Source of the DNA: Firmicutes bacterium CAG:321_26_22
Lineage (GTDB): Bacteria; Bacillota_I; Bacilli_A; RF39; UBA660
Direction of reading: 5' to 3'
DNA: 64,000 bases
NCBI GenBank assembly: GCA_001916775.1
Contig: MNTB01000032.1
Coordinates: forward strand, 12,108 to 76,107
The stretch's first letter is position 1. Each line of letters starts with the position of its first letter. The translations under genes and the position numbers were made by a program. The notes beneath the pieces are model-generated. The model had not been told where the DNA came from, did not search any database, and was given only the letters and a program-made list of their open reading frames with translations. Of this stretch, positions 10,759 to 20,048 are shown one piece after another.

Positions 10759-11019
10759 ATGGAAACAATTAAAGTTTCATCAAAGTCGGAGCCTAATAAA
10801 GTAGCAGGAGCTCTTGCTAATGTATTTAGAGAAAAAGGAGTAGTAGAAGTGCAATCAATAGGAGCAGGAGCTCTTAATCAGGCTATAAAGGGAGTGGCTA
10901 TAGCAAGGGGCTTTGTGGCTCCATCAGGAAAGAATTTAGTATGTACTCCAGCCTTTATTGATATTAATATTGATGGTGAAGAAAGAACCGCTATTAAGTT
11001 AATCGTAGAAGCTAAATAG
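10759..11019 (+). CDS. spoVS: stage V sporulation protein S
   Basis: METIKVSSKSEPNKVAGALANVFREKGVVEVQSIGAGALNQAIKGVAIARGFVAPSGKNLVCTPAFIDINIDGEERTAIKLIVEAK is nearly collinear with B. subtilis SpoVS. ATG at 10759 is preferred over the longer ORF-track start. Confidence 0.85.
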   Translation: METIKVSSKSEPNKVAGALANVFREKGVVEVQSIGAGALNQAIKGVAIARGFVAPSGKNLVCTPAFIDINIDGEERTAIKLIVEAK

Positions 11020-11162
11020 CTTCTTTTAATTTTTCTTTAGTTACTTTTGACATAGAATGAGTAAACCTACTTTTTTTAGTATTATATATTTTAAAAAAAA
11101 TTATAAATATATTTGGATTTTTATAATTATTATAGTATAATAAACTAAAGGAGGAATAATAT

Positions 11163-12314
11163 ATGTCTAAAATTGACAAAAATAAGAAAAAAATTATTGC
11201 TATTATATCTGGTATTATATTAATTGCTATAATTGTTTTCTTACTATGGTTTTTCAATCGAAAGTTTGATGTCACTTTTGATTTGAATAATGGTACCAAA
11301 GAAGAAATCATTAAAGTTAAATATCACCAAACCATTAACGAAAAAGATATCAAAGATCAAAAAGACTTAGGAGAATCGTTTATTGCCTGGTATGAAGTAG
11401 TTGGTATTAAAGGAAAAGAAGATGTGTTAGCAGATAAACCATTTGATTTTAATACTAAAATTAATAAGGCTATCAAACTAAAAGCTCTTTACGAAGGAAA
11501 AGTTGAAACAATTACTATTACTTTTGACTCTAAAGGTGGTAGTGCTGTCGATCCCATTACTATTAATAAAGGTACTGAACTTATCCTTCCAAAAGATCCA
11601 ACATATGCTGGTTATACTTTTAAAGGATGGTATGATATAAATGAAACTCTAATACATAATAATGCTCTTCTAGAAGAAGATACTACTCTATATGCTAAGT
11701 GGGAGAAAATATCTGAGACTAAACCTGAAACTAAAAAAGAGGAAAAAATATCTTTATCCTTAAGCCGAGATACTCTTCATGTTAATGGTATTAAAACCGC
11801 TACTGCTGCCGCTACAGTAGAAAACTCTAGTGGAAAAGTTACTTATTCATTAAGTGATACAAACTGTATGACTATTAATGAAAATACCGGTGCTATTAGT
11901 GTTTCTTCTAATCCTAAAAATTGTTCTAATGGCGCTACCATTACAGTAACTGCCAAAACACCTAGTGGAAAGAGTGCAACAGCTACCATTTATTATGAAA
12001 AAGATTTAGTCTTAACTCATGACGGCAAAACTTATACCCAAGATGATAAAACCAGTGGTAAATCTTCAACCTTCACTGTTAATGCTAATCAAAATGTTAG
12101 TTGGAATATCGATGCTGCTGTAAAGCCATCATATCGTTACACTTATAACGATTACAAAAATAAAACAGCTACATCTGTAACTGGTGGATATACCATTGAT
12201 AGTATCGTAGAATCAACTGGTGCTATTAGCAAAATAACCACTGATGTCAAAGTAACCGCTACTACTAAAGCTGAACAAAAAATATCTTTAATAATAAAAC
12301 AGTATGTAGCATAA
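11163..12314 (+). CDS. membrane-anchored surface protein with Listeria-Bacteroides (Flg_new) repeat and Ig-like domain
   Basis: N-terminal TM helix. Flg_new-type motif TITFDSKGGSAVDPITINKGTELILPKDPTYAGYTFKGWYD...TLYAKWE. A Big_2-like S/T-rich domain follows. Confidence 0.55.
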   Translation: MSKIDKNKKKIIAIISGIILIAIIVFLLWFFNRKFDVTFDLNNGTKEEIIKVKYHQTINEKDIKDQKDLGESFIAWYEVVGIKGKEDVLADKPFDFNTKINKAIKLKALYEGKVETITITFDSKGGSAVDPITINKGTELILPKDPTYAGYTFKGWYDINETLIHNNALLEEDTTLYAKWEKISETKPETKKEEKISLSLSRDTLHVNGIKTATAAATVENSSGKVTYSLSDTNCMTINENTGAISVSSNPKNCSNGATITVTAKTPSGKSATATIYYEKDLVLTHDGKTYTQDDKTSGKSSTFTVNANQNVSWNIDAAVKPSYRYTYNDYKNKTATSVTGGYTIDSIVESTGAISKITTDVKVTATTKAEQKISLIIKQYVA

Positions 12315-12565
12315 AAATTACTAATTTTATAGTTAATATAATAGCTAGTATCTTTATTACTATGTATTATATATGTCATTAGTTATGAAATTTATCAAAT
12401 GTTTACTTCTGGTAGATCATTTCAAATAAAAGATGTCATAATTGATAGTATGGGTTCAATTACTGGTATATATATATTTAAATTACAAAGGAAAAGAAAA
12501 TAATGGTTCAATAAATTCTGGTGTGAAGTTGAACTGAAAAAACTATAAAATATAGTGTGATGTTG

Positions 12566-12612
12566 GGCTGTCAGGAAATTAAATAATTAATTTCTTGACA
12601 GTTCTTTTTTGC
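12566..12612 (+). terminator. rho-independent terminator
   Basis: CTGTCAGGAAATT-aaataatt-AATTTCTTGACAG followed by TTCTTTTTTG. Confidence 0.5.
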
Positions 12613-12783
12613 TTTGAAGATGGGAATGTTTTCTTTTTTAAATTGTGTGAGGTTCATACTAATCAAGCTAAGAATGGAAATAAAAAAGCAGTTCTTCATT
12701 ATCAATTGAAAATTGATAAAGACAAAAGGTATAATTTATCTTTGTCTCAATTATCTCTTCTTTTTAAGAGTAACAAGCAGATT

Positions 12784-12888
12784 TGTGGCTCCATCAGGTA
12801 AAAATTGGCTTGCACACCAGTATTTATTGATATTAATATTGATGGTGAAGAAAAAAACGCTATTAAATTGATAGTGGAAGCAAAATAA
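12784..12888 (+). pseudogene. frameshifted 3'-fragment copy of spoVS
   Basis: The DNA aligns with 10915-11019 (intact spoVS 3' end) with one indel. It reads FVAPSGKN in one frame, then TPVFIDINIDGEEKNAIKLIVEAK in another. No matching N-terminal part lies upstream. Confidence 0.6.
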
Positions 12889-12974
12889 ATTGTTATTAAA
12901 AAGATAAATAAGACTTAACAAGGAAGACTATTTGGCTTCCTTGTTCCTCTTAAGACTTCCGGCTTAAGAGGCAA

Positions 12975-13003
12975 TAAAAAAACTAATTCATTTCTGAATT
13001 AGT
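12975..13003 (-). terminator. rho-independent terminator downstream of tRNA-Met
   Basis: On the minus strand ACTAATTCA-gaaa-TGAATTAGT is followed by TTTTTTT. It is the first of three consecutive perfect hairpins at 12916-13003. Confidence 0.6.
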
Positions 13004-13015
13004 GATATACAATAT

Positions 13016-13092
13016 TGGTAGCGAGAGGGGGATTCGAACCCTCGACCCTTCGGGTATGAACCGAATGCTCTAGCCAACTGAGCTATCTCGCC
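13016..13092 (-). tRNA. tRNA-Met (anticodon CAT; could be Ile2 if lysidine-modified)
   Basis: Reverse complement GGCGAGATAGCTCAGTTGGCTAGAGCATTCGGTTCATACCCGAAGGGTCGAGGGTTCGAATCCCCCTCTCGCTACCA. It has the cloverleaf, a TTCGAAT T-loop, a CAT anticodon and an encoded CCA. Confidence 0.85.
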
Positions 13093-13147
13093 ATCAAATG
13101 TAATACAATTATATTACATTTTTTTGATTTTGTCTAGTACTTTTTGA

Positions 13148-14047
13148 TTATTTATATAATTCTTTTTTAAATAAGTCTAAATTATTATTCATAATAGTTA
13201 TATAATCTTCATTTGAATCAGTTATTCCACCATCAGTAGATTCCATTGTGTTAATAGTTATAAGATCAACACCATAATTATCAATTAGGTTCTTACATGT
13301 TGGATTTGTTTTATTAGAAGAAGAAAATATATATTTTATTTCTCCATTTCTAATTAGTTTTTTTACTTCTGCTACTATATTTTCATTTAAATTATCATCT
13401 TCTTCTAGAGAGATAACTTTTAAATTGTACTTTTCTAAATATTTAAACATATCATTATCTACTACAATAGTTTTATATGGGGCAAGACTTATAGCTTCTT
13501 TTATATTAGCATCTAATCTTGATAAATTATATTTTAGTTCATTATATTTATTTTCTATACCAGTACCTTCATCATTAGATATTAGATAGGGGTTAGTTAC
13601 ATATTCTAATAGTCCATTTTTTGTATTCTGAGCCATCATTAAGTAGTTATAAGGGTTAAGCCATAATTCTGCTATATTATTATCATATGTCATACCCATG
13701 GATACATCTATTACTTTTAAATTCTTATTATAATTAATCATTTTAACAGCAAAATCTCTATCTTTATCTAGACTATTAAAAACAAATAAATCAGTATAAG
13801 AATATTCTTTTAATTTTTTATCAGATAATTCAAAATCTTTTGAATTGATACCAGATGGATATATACTATTTACAGTACTATGACTTCCATATAGACTTGT
13901 AATTAAGTATTTAATAGGATAGTTGGTTGTATATATATTAATATCTTCCATACTATCTTTACTAAAACTACATCCAGTTAGGATGAATACTCCAAGTAAT
14001 AATATTATAAATTTAATTTTTTTCATTTGATTGATTCCTTCTTTCAT
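13148..14047 (-). CDS. lipoprotein, possibly a divergent TroA/ZnuA-like metal ABC substrate-binding protein
   Basis: Lipobox ILTGCSF. Weak resemblance to cluster-9 SBPs in segments NIAELWLNPYNY and DNDMFKYLEKYNLKVISLEE. The family assignment is tentative. Confidence 0.45.
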   Translation of the reverse strand: MKEGINQMKKIKFIILLLGVFILTGCSFSKDSMEDINIYTTNYPIKYLITSLYGSHSTVNSIYPSGINSKDFELSDKKLKEYSYTDLFVFNSLDKDRDFAVKMINYNKNLKVIDVSMGMTYDNNIAELWLNPYNYLMMAQNTKNGLLEYVTNPYLISNDEGTGIENKYNELKYNLSRLDANIKEAISLAPYKTIVVDNDMFKYLEKYNLKVISLEEDDNLNENIVAEVKKLIRNGEIKYIFSSSNKTNPTCKNLIDNYGVDLITINTMESTDGGITDSNEDYITIMNNNLDLFKKELYK

Positions 14048-14150
14048 TCTTCTTACTATATTAATATTACTATATTTTTATTTTTTTGTAAATAATATTG
14101 ATAAAAATTTTTATATATTGTATAATTAAATATGTAATAGGAGAATATTT

Positions 14151-15023
14151 ATGAGAGAAATAATAAGAAATAATAGTAAGTTTATAATAGTAATGTTAAT
14201 AGTTATTATATTAGGAATAGTTGGAGTAACTGTCGCTATTAAAATTGGTAATTTTAATCCTATTGGTTTAAATGTAGGGACTGCTACTATAGAGGCGAAT
14301 ATTACATATGATAGTACTGTAAATGAAGGTGCTGTTACTAGTATTGGTAAACTATATCCAATAGCAGATTCTAAGGTTACAGGGATAGATGTTTCTAATG
14401 ATAATGTTATTAAGGTTAAATTTATGGTAACTGGAAAGAGTACTAATCCTGCTAATACTATATATGATGTGGCTCTTAGAAATATAAAAATGGAGTCTGA
14501 ATTAAAAACTACTGATGTTAAATGGAGATTATATAAAAATGGTATTTTATTATCTAGTGGTAATTTTTCACCTAATTTTGATACTATGTCTAATAGTAGA
14601 ATGGTTCTTACTGATACACAACAAGATTTAACTACTTCTACTGATACTTATGTATTCTTATTTTGGATTAGTGAATCTTGTACTGGAGATATTAAGACTT
14701 GTACTAGTAGTAATAATCAAAATAGATATATTAACAAGTCTTTTAGTGCTAAGATAAAGATTGAAGCTAGTACTAAAAGTAAAAAGGCTTTAACAAGAAC
14801 AGTTGCAGCAGTAGGAGATGTAAATGCTGATGGAACAATAGATAGTAATGATCTTACTTTGTTATCTAGACATATAGCTATGCATACACCTTTAACCGAA
14901 CAACAAACTATAAATGCTGATATTAATAATGATGGTGCAGTTGATATCAATGATAAAAATATTCTTGAAAGTTATTTAAATGGTACTAAAGTGTGTAACT
15001 TTCCATATGAATTTTGTTATTAG
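14151..15023 (+). CDS. membrane-anchored protein with C-terminal type-I dockerin-like domain
   Basis: N-terminal TM helix. The C-terminus has two 12-residue Ca-binding loops matching DxNxDGxxxxxD: DVNADGTIDSND + LTLLSRHI and DINNDGAVDIND + KNILESYL. Confidence 0.55.
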   Translation: MREIIRNNSKFIIVMLIVIILGIVGVTVAIKIGNFNPIGLNVGTATIEANITYDSTVNEGAVTSIGKLYPIADSKVTGIDVSNDNVIKVKFMVTGKSTNPANTIYDVALRNIKMESELKTTDVKWRLYKNGILLSSGNFSPNFDTMSNSRMVLTDTQQDLTTSTDTYVFLFWISESCTGDIKTCTSSNNQNRYINKSFSAKIKIEASTKSKKALTRTVAAVGDVNADGTIDSNDLTLLSRHIAMHTPLTEQQTINADINNDGAVDINDKNILESYLNGTKVCNFPYEFCY

Positions 15024-15110
15024 ATAAAAAGAAATCATAATTAAATGGTTTCTTTTTATCTTGTTATATGATATTATTTATTGTATAATATTAGAGAAAG
15101 AAGGAATATT

Positions 15111-16139
15111 ATGAAGACAGATGATTTTGATTATTATTTACCTGAAGAACTTATTGCTCAAGTACCATTAGAACATAGAGAAGAATCTAGATTATTAGTA
15201 CTTGATAAGAATAATGGTAATATGATTGATGATAAATTTTATGATATAGTTAATTATTTGAATAAGGGGGATGTTTTAGTACTTAACGATACTAAGGTTA
15301 TGCCTGCGAGATTGATTGGAGAGAAAGAGGAGACGGGAGCAGTTATTGAAGTATTGCTTCTTAAGAATATTAATGAAGATAACTGGGAATGTTTAGTTAA
15401 ACCCGCTAAAAGGGTTAAGGAAGGTACTATTATTTCTTTTGGTAATGGTAAACTTAAGGCTAAATGTACTAAGATTGGAGAAGATGGTATTAGAGAATTT
15501 ACTTTTATATATGATGGTATTTTTTATGAAATATTAGATGAACTTGGCACTATGCCACTACCTCCATATATTAAAGTTAAATTAGATGATAAAGATAGAT
15601 ATCAGACAGTATATGCTAAAAATATTGGTAGTGCTGCTGCTCCTACGGCAGGACTTCACTTTACTAAGGAATTATTAAAAGAGATAGAAAATAAAGGCAT
15701 TACTATTTGTTATATTACTTTACATGTAGGACTAGGTACTTTTAGACCAGTAGCAGTAGAAGATGTTACTAAGCATAAAATGCATAGTGAATTTTATAGT
15801 ATGACTAAAGAAGTAGCGGATACTCTAAATAAGGCTAAATTAGAAGGAAGAAATATAATTGCAGTAGGTACTACTACTACTAGGACATTAGAAACAATTA
15901 TGAATAAATATGATACATTTAAAGAGTGTTCTGGATGGACGGATATCTTTATTTACCCTGGATATGAATTTAAGGGTATAGATGGACTTATTACTAATTT
16001 TCATTTACCTAAATCTACCTTAGTAATGTTAGTGTCAGCCTTTGCTAGTAAAGAAATAATATTAAATGCTTATAAACATGCAGTCGAAGAGAAATATCGT
16101 TTCTTCTCATTCGGAGATGCTATGTTTATCCATAAATAA
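15111..16139 (+). CDS. queA: S-adenosylmethionine:tRNA ribosyltransferase-isomerase
   Basis: [31 protein letters not shown] is the QueA N-terminal signature, with conserved [12 protein letters not shown] 15111 follows RBS AAGGAA. Confidence 0.9.
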   Translation: MKTDDFDYYLPEELIAQVPLEHREESRLLVLDKNNGNMIDDKFYDIVNYLNKGDVLVLNDTKVMPARLIGEKEETGAVIEVLLLKNINEDNWECLVKPAKRVKEGTIISFGNGKLKAKCTKIGEDGIREFTFIYDGIFYEILDELGTMPLPPYIKVKLDDKDRYQTVYAKNIGSAAAPTAGLHFTKELLKEIENKGITICYITLHVGLGTFRPVAVEDVTKHKMHSEFYSMTKEVADTLNKAKLEGRNIIAVGTTTTRTLETIMNKYDTFKECSGWTDIFIYPGYEFKGIDGLITNFHLPKSTLVMLVSAFASKEIILNAYKHAVEEKYRFFSFGDAMFIHK

Positions 16140-16192
16140 TTTAAGAAAACTATTTACAAACTACTAAAATTATTATATAATTTAGTAGTAAT

Positions 16193-16278
16193 GCCAGCCT
16201 GGCGGAATGGTAGACGCGGTAGACTCAAAATCTACTACTAGTGATAGTGTGAGGGTTCAAGTCCCTTGGCTGGTACCA
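16193..16278 (+). tRNA. tRNA-Leu (anticodon CAA)
   Basis: GCCAGCCTGGCGGAATGGTAGACGCGGTAGACTCAAAATCTAC...GAGGGTTCAAGTCCCTTGGCTGGTACCA. The long variable arm is typical of class II tRNA-Leu. CCA is encoded. Confidence 0.85.
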
Positions 16279-16359
16279 AAAGAATATAAAGAACTACTTG
16301 TGTGGTTCTTTTAATTATGGTATAATAGTTGTTACCAATCGAGAGGAGGAATGTTTGGT

Positions 16360-17136
16360 ATGAGAAAGATAGATGAATTTAATTTTTTTAGAGAGTTATT
16401 TTTTGCTCTTAAGAGAGACGGAGTAGAAGAATATAATATTATGGAATTAGGTGAGCAATTATATCCTTATTTTGCATTTGGTGATTATGGTAAGATGTTT
16501 AAAGTTAAAACTAATGATTTGTTTAAAAGAGTTGATGTGAGTAGTATATCTGAAATATTTATAGATAGTACTAGAGAACTTAGACTTAATAATAATGGAA
16601 TGTATAGGCTTTGCCCTATGATGGTAGAAAAGTCTCCGATTAAGGAAGAACAAGCTATTATTATTCAGAATTTAGCAGATGCATTGGTTAAGTTTAAAAC
16701 ATTAGAGCAGAAATATAATGTAAAGTTTAGTGGATGCACTCCTAATTTAGTATATTCTTTAATAGGAGGAACGGGTAAATATATGGATATTAGTCAAATG
16801 TTAGTAACTGATACTGATAAAATTAAAACAACAGTAGATAAAATTAATCCATATGTGTTATATGATTCTCCAGTTGATGGTTCTCTTTGTAGATTAGAAA
16901 AGGGTGTTACTAGAAGAATAAAGTTATTAGAGGATGTTAATTATGTAATAGTACACAGCATGACTAAACTACATAAAGATGAATATGTTACTACTAAAAT
17001 ATATACAGGATGTGAAGATAAAGAATCTTTGGATAAGATAGTGACTATTGGAGAAGAAACGAAAAAAGATTTTGTAGAAGATATCAATGAATATCATTAT
17101 ACTAAACCAAAAATTTTAACTAAGAAATTAAAATAA
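16360..17136 (+). CDS. hypothetical protein
   Basis: 258-aa ORF with RBS GAGAGGAGGA 9 nt upstream of ATG 16360. No recognisable motif. Confidence 0.5.
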   Translation: MRKIDEFNFFRELFFALKRDGVEEYNIMELGEQLYPYFAFGDYGKMFKVKTNDLFKRVDVSSISEIFIDSTRELRLNNNGMYRLCPMMVEKSPIKEEQAIIIQNLADALVKFKTLEQKYNVKFSGCTPNLVYSLIGGTGKYMDISQMLVTDTDKIKTTVDKINPYVLYDSPVDGSLCRLEKGVTRRIKLLEDVNYVIVHSMTKLHKDEYVTTKIYTGCEDKESLDKIVTIGEETKKDFVEDINEYHYTKPKILTKKLK

Positions 17137-17146
17137 GATATATGTA

Positions 17147-17185
17147 CGATAGAGAAAAAGTTAACTACTAGTTTTTTCTCTTTTT
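17147..17185 (+). terminator. rho-independent terminator
   Basis: AGAGAAAAA-gttaactactag-TTTTTCTCT followed by TTTTAATT. Confidence 0.6.
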
Positions 17186-17229
17186 AATTGCTTTATTTAT
17201 AAGGAATTATATTTAAAATACACGAACAG

Positions 17230-17500
17230 TTAACTTGTATATTAAAATTATAAAATCAAAGAAAATTAAATAAATAAGAAACAACGTATTTTACAAAATA
17301 AGAAAAAATAAAAAAATAATTTATAAATAAAATTAATAAAAATACATATAAAGCCTTTAAATATAAGTAATTATACAATATAAGATACAAAAATAATAAT
17401 TTGATAAAAATATAAAAAATATAAAAAATACAAAAACAGAAAAAACGAAAAACCAAAAAAGCAGAAAAAATGTAAAAAATAAAAAATACGAACAAAAAGT
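17230..17500. repeat. phased A-tract (intrinsically curved DNA-like) region upstream of nrdD promoter
   Basis: About 25 A5-7 tracts separated by 2-5 nt, with the reiterated motifs ataaaaaat, acaaaaac and cgaaaaac. The only ORF here (79 aa, minus strand) is a low-complexity artefact. Confidence 0.5.
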
Positions 17501-17501
17501 A

Positions 17502-17530
17502 TTGACAAAGATCTTTCTAGACTATATAAT
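17502..17530 (+). promoter_or_regulatory. sigma-A-type promoter of nrdD operon (TTGACA-17-TATAAT)
   Basis: TTGACA 17502-17507, TATAAT 17525-17530. Confidence 0.65.
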
Positions 17531-17557
17531 GGTATCTGTAAGGTAGGAGGAAGAAGT

Positions 17558-19855
17558 ATGGTTGAAACTGAAGAAAAGTTAGAAACTATTGAAGTAGTTA
17601 AAAGAAACGGTAAGAAAGTAGAGTTCGATGGAACTAAAGTTGCTCTTGCTATTAAGAAAGGCTTTGATAGTATTTTAATTGAAGAAGATGAAAAAAAATA
17701 TAGTGAGAAAGATATTCAAAAAGTATATCAAGCAGTTATTAAGAAGATAGCTAAAGAATATTTACCACTAGGAAAAATAAAAATAGAGGAAGTTCAAGAC
17801 TTGATTGAAGACATGCTAAAAAAATATGATTATATTGATGTATATGAATCATTTTCAGAATATCGTCAAAGAAGAGCAGCAGCTCGTATAGCTTTTAGAG
17901 ATGATAAAATTCAAGCTAAGCTGCAGAAGAGTATTGAAGGACTTGGACTTAAGTCTGCAAATGAAGAAGATAGTAAAAGAGAGAATGCCAATATTGATGG
18001 TAATTCTGCAATGGGTACTATGTTACAATTTGGTAGTACTATATCAAGAGTATTTACTGAGACATACTTAATGAAAAAGAAATTTGCCGAAGCTCATGAT
18101 AATGGTGATATTCATATTCATGATATGGATTTTGAAGCCATGGGTACTACTACTTGTATGCAAATAGATTTGAATAAATTATTTAAAGGTGGTTTTTCTA
18201 CTGGACATGGACATCTTAGAGAACCTAAAGATATTATGAGTTATTCAGCACTAGCAGCAATAGCTATCCAATCTAATCAAAATGATCAACACGGAGGACA
18301 ATCTATACCAGCATTTGACTATTATTTAGCACCTGGTGTACTTAAAACATTTAAAAAGATGTTTAAACAAGCAGTATATGAATTATTAGATTTTACTGAT
18401 TTTATTAGTTTTATAAATATGGATAGAGTAGAGAAAGAAATTGATAAGTTATCTAGTATTGATTTAGATATTACTATATTTGAACCTATTTATAAAGAGA
18501 GTACTGAAGTAAAGAGAATATTTGAAAAAGCATATGAAACAGCTTATAAGAAAACAGATAGACAAACATATCAAGCTATGGAAGCATTTGTACATAATCT
18601 AAATACTATGCATTCAAGAGCAGGTGCCCAAGTACCATTTTCTAGTATTAATTTTGGTACTGATACATCACCTGAAGGTAGAATGGTTATTAAGAATTTC
18701 TTATTATCTGTTGATGCGGGACTTGGTAAGAATGAAACTCCAATATTCCCAATATCAATATTTAAAGTTAAGAAAGGTGTAAACTATGATCCAGAAGATC
18801 CTAACTATGATTTATTTAAATTATCATGTAAGGTGTCTTCAAAGAGATTATTCCCTAACTTCTCATTTATGGATTCATCATTTAATAAACCTTATTTTAA
18901 AGGGGACTATAATACAGAAGTAGGATATATGGGATGTAGAACTAGAGTAATTGGTAATGTTGTAGATGAAGACAAAGCAGTTACTCCTGGTAGAGGTAAT
19001 TTATCATTTACTTCGATTAACTTACCTAGACTTGGTATTAAGCATGGTATTGTAAGAAATGATGAGACTGATATGAAGGGCTTCTACGAAGAACTAGGAG
19101 AACTAATGGATTTAGTTAAAGATCAATTACTTGAAAGATTTGAAATTCAATGTAATAAGAGACTTTATAATTTTCCATTCTTATTAGGACAAGGAGTATG
19201 GATTGATTCAGATAAATTAAAACCTAATGATAGATTAAGAAAGATACTTAAACATGGTACTTTATCAATTGGTTTTATAGGACTTGCTGAATGTCTTAAA
19301 GCTTTAATTGGTAAACATCATGGTGAAAGTGAAGAGGCTCAAAAATTAGGACTTGAGATTATTGAATTTATGAGAAATAGATGTGATGAGTATGCTAAGG
19401 AATATAAGTTAAACTTTACTTTGCTTGCTACTCCAGCAGAAGGTTTATCTGGTAGATTTATTAATATAGATAAAGCTGTATATGGTAAGATTAAAGGTGT
19501 TACTGATAGAGAATACTATACTAATTCATTCCATGTACCAGTATATTATAATATATCAATAGTAAATAAAATTAAGAAGGAAGGTCCATATCATAAATAT
19601 ACTAATGCTGGTCATATTAGTTATATAGAATTAGATGGAGATACTACTAATAACTTAGAAGCATTTGAAAAGATAATTAGATTAATGTATGAAAATGATA
19701 TGGGATATGCTGCAATTAACCATCCAGTAGATAGAGATCCAGTATGTGGTTATGTTGGTGTAATCGGAGACGTTTGTCCTGGATGTGGTAGAAAAGCATA
19801 TGAAGGTGTTCCAATAGAAAGAGTAAATGACTATAAAAATAGTTGTAATTGTTAA
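17558..19855 (+). CDS. nrdD: anaerobic ribonucleoside-triphosphate reductase, catalytic barrel plus Zn-ribbon, lacking the glycyl-radical tail
   Basis: N-terminal ATP-cone VVKRNGKKVEFDGTKVALAIKKGF and a class III RNR core. It ends with the Cys4 ribbon PVCGYVGVIGDVCPGCG...NSCNC and then a stop. Confidence 0.85.
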   Translation: MVETEEKLETIEVVKRNGKKVEFDGTKVALAIKKGFDSILIEEDEKKYSEKDIQKVYQAVIKKIAKEYLPLGKIKIEEVQDLIEDMLKKYDYIDVYESFSEYRQRRAAARIAFRDDKIQAKLQKSIEGLGLKSANEEDSKRENANIDGNSAMGTMLQFGSTISRVFTETYLMKKKFAEAHDNGDIHIHDMDFEAMGTTTCMQIDLNKLFKGGFSTGHGHLREPKDIMSYSALAAIAIQSNQNDQHGGQSIPAFDYYLAPGVLKTFKKMFKQAVYELLDFTDFISFINMDRVEKEIDKLSSIDLDITIFEPIYKESTEVKRIFEKAYETAYKKTDRQTYQAMEAFVHNLNTMHSRAGAQVPFSSINFGTDTSPEGRMVIKNFLLSVDAGLGKNETPIFPISIFKVKKGVNYDPEDPNYDLFKLSCKVSSKRLFPNFSFMDSSFNKPYFKGDYNTEVGYMGCRTRVIGNVVDEDKAVTPGRGNLSFTSINLPRLGIKHGIVRNDETDMKGFYEELGELMDLVKDQLLERFEIQCNKRLYNFPFLLGQGVWIDSDKLKPNDRLRKILKHGTLSIGFIGLAECLKALIGKHHGESEEAQKLGLEIIEFMRNRCDEYAKEYKLNFTLLATPAEGLSGRFINIDKAVYGKIKGVTDREYYTNSFHVPVYYNISIVNKIKKEGPYHKYTNAGHISYIELDGDTTNNLEAFEKIIRLMYENDMGYAAINHPVDRDPVCGYVGVIGDVCPGCGRKAYEGVPIERVNDYKNSCNC

Positions 19856-19877
19856 ATAAAGAAAAGAGGTAATTAAA

Positions 19878-20048
19878 ATGAAAGAAGAAACTAAAGAAAA
19901 ATTAGTAGGTGAGGGTGTAGGTTTTGAAAGAATTAGAAGAATTACTGGATATCTAGTAGGTACTGTAGACAGATTTAATAATGGTAAAAGAGCAGAAGAA
20001 AGAGATAGAGTAAAACACGGTACTGAAGGATTACTATCTAATAAATAA
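19878..20048 (+). CDS. small protein matching the glycyl-radical C-terminal tail of NrdD
   Basis: 56 aa: MKEETKEKLVGEGVGFERIRRITGYLVGTVDRFNNGKRAEERDRVKHGTEGLLSNK. It matches the NrdD C-terminal RRxCGYLG...FNxGKxxExxxRVKH module. It has its own RBS AGAGG 8 nt upstream, and an in-frame TAA at 19857. Its stop overlaps the nrdG ATG (TAATG). Confidence 0.6.
   Translation: MKEETKEKLVGEGVGFERIRRITGYLVGTVDRFNNGKRAEERDRVKHGTEGLLSNK

Noticed and set aside
12595-12801. 68-aa ORF upstream of the spoVS fragment
   Set aside because: It starts inside the terminator hairpin at 12566-12612 and has no RBS. Its sequence has no similarity to the SpoVS N-terminus. Its end merely runs into the pseudogene fragment.
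17256-17495. 79-aa minus-strand ORF (MFVFFIFYIF...)
   Set aside because: It lies entirely inside the A-tract/T-tract low-complexity region, so the protein is poly-Phe/Ile/Tyr nonsense. It has no RBS and is an artefact of AT-rich sequence.
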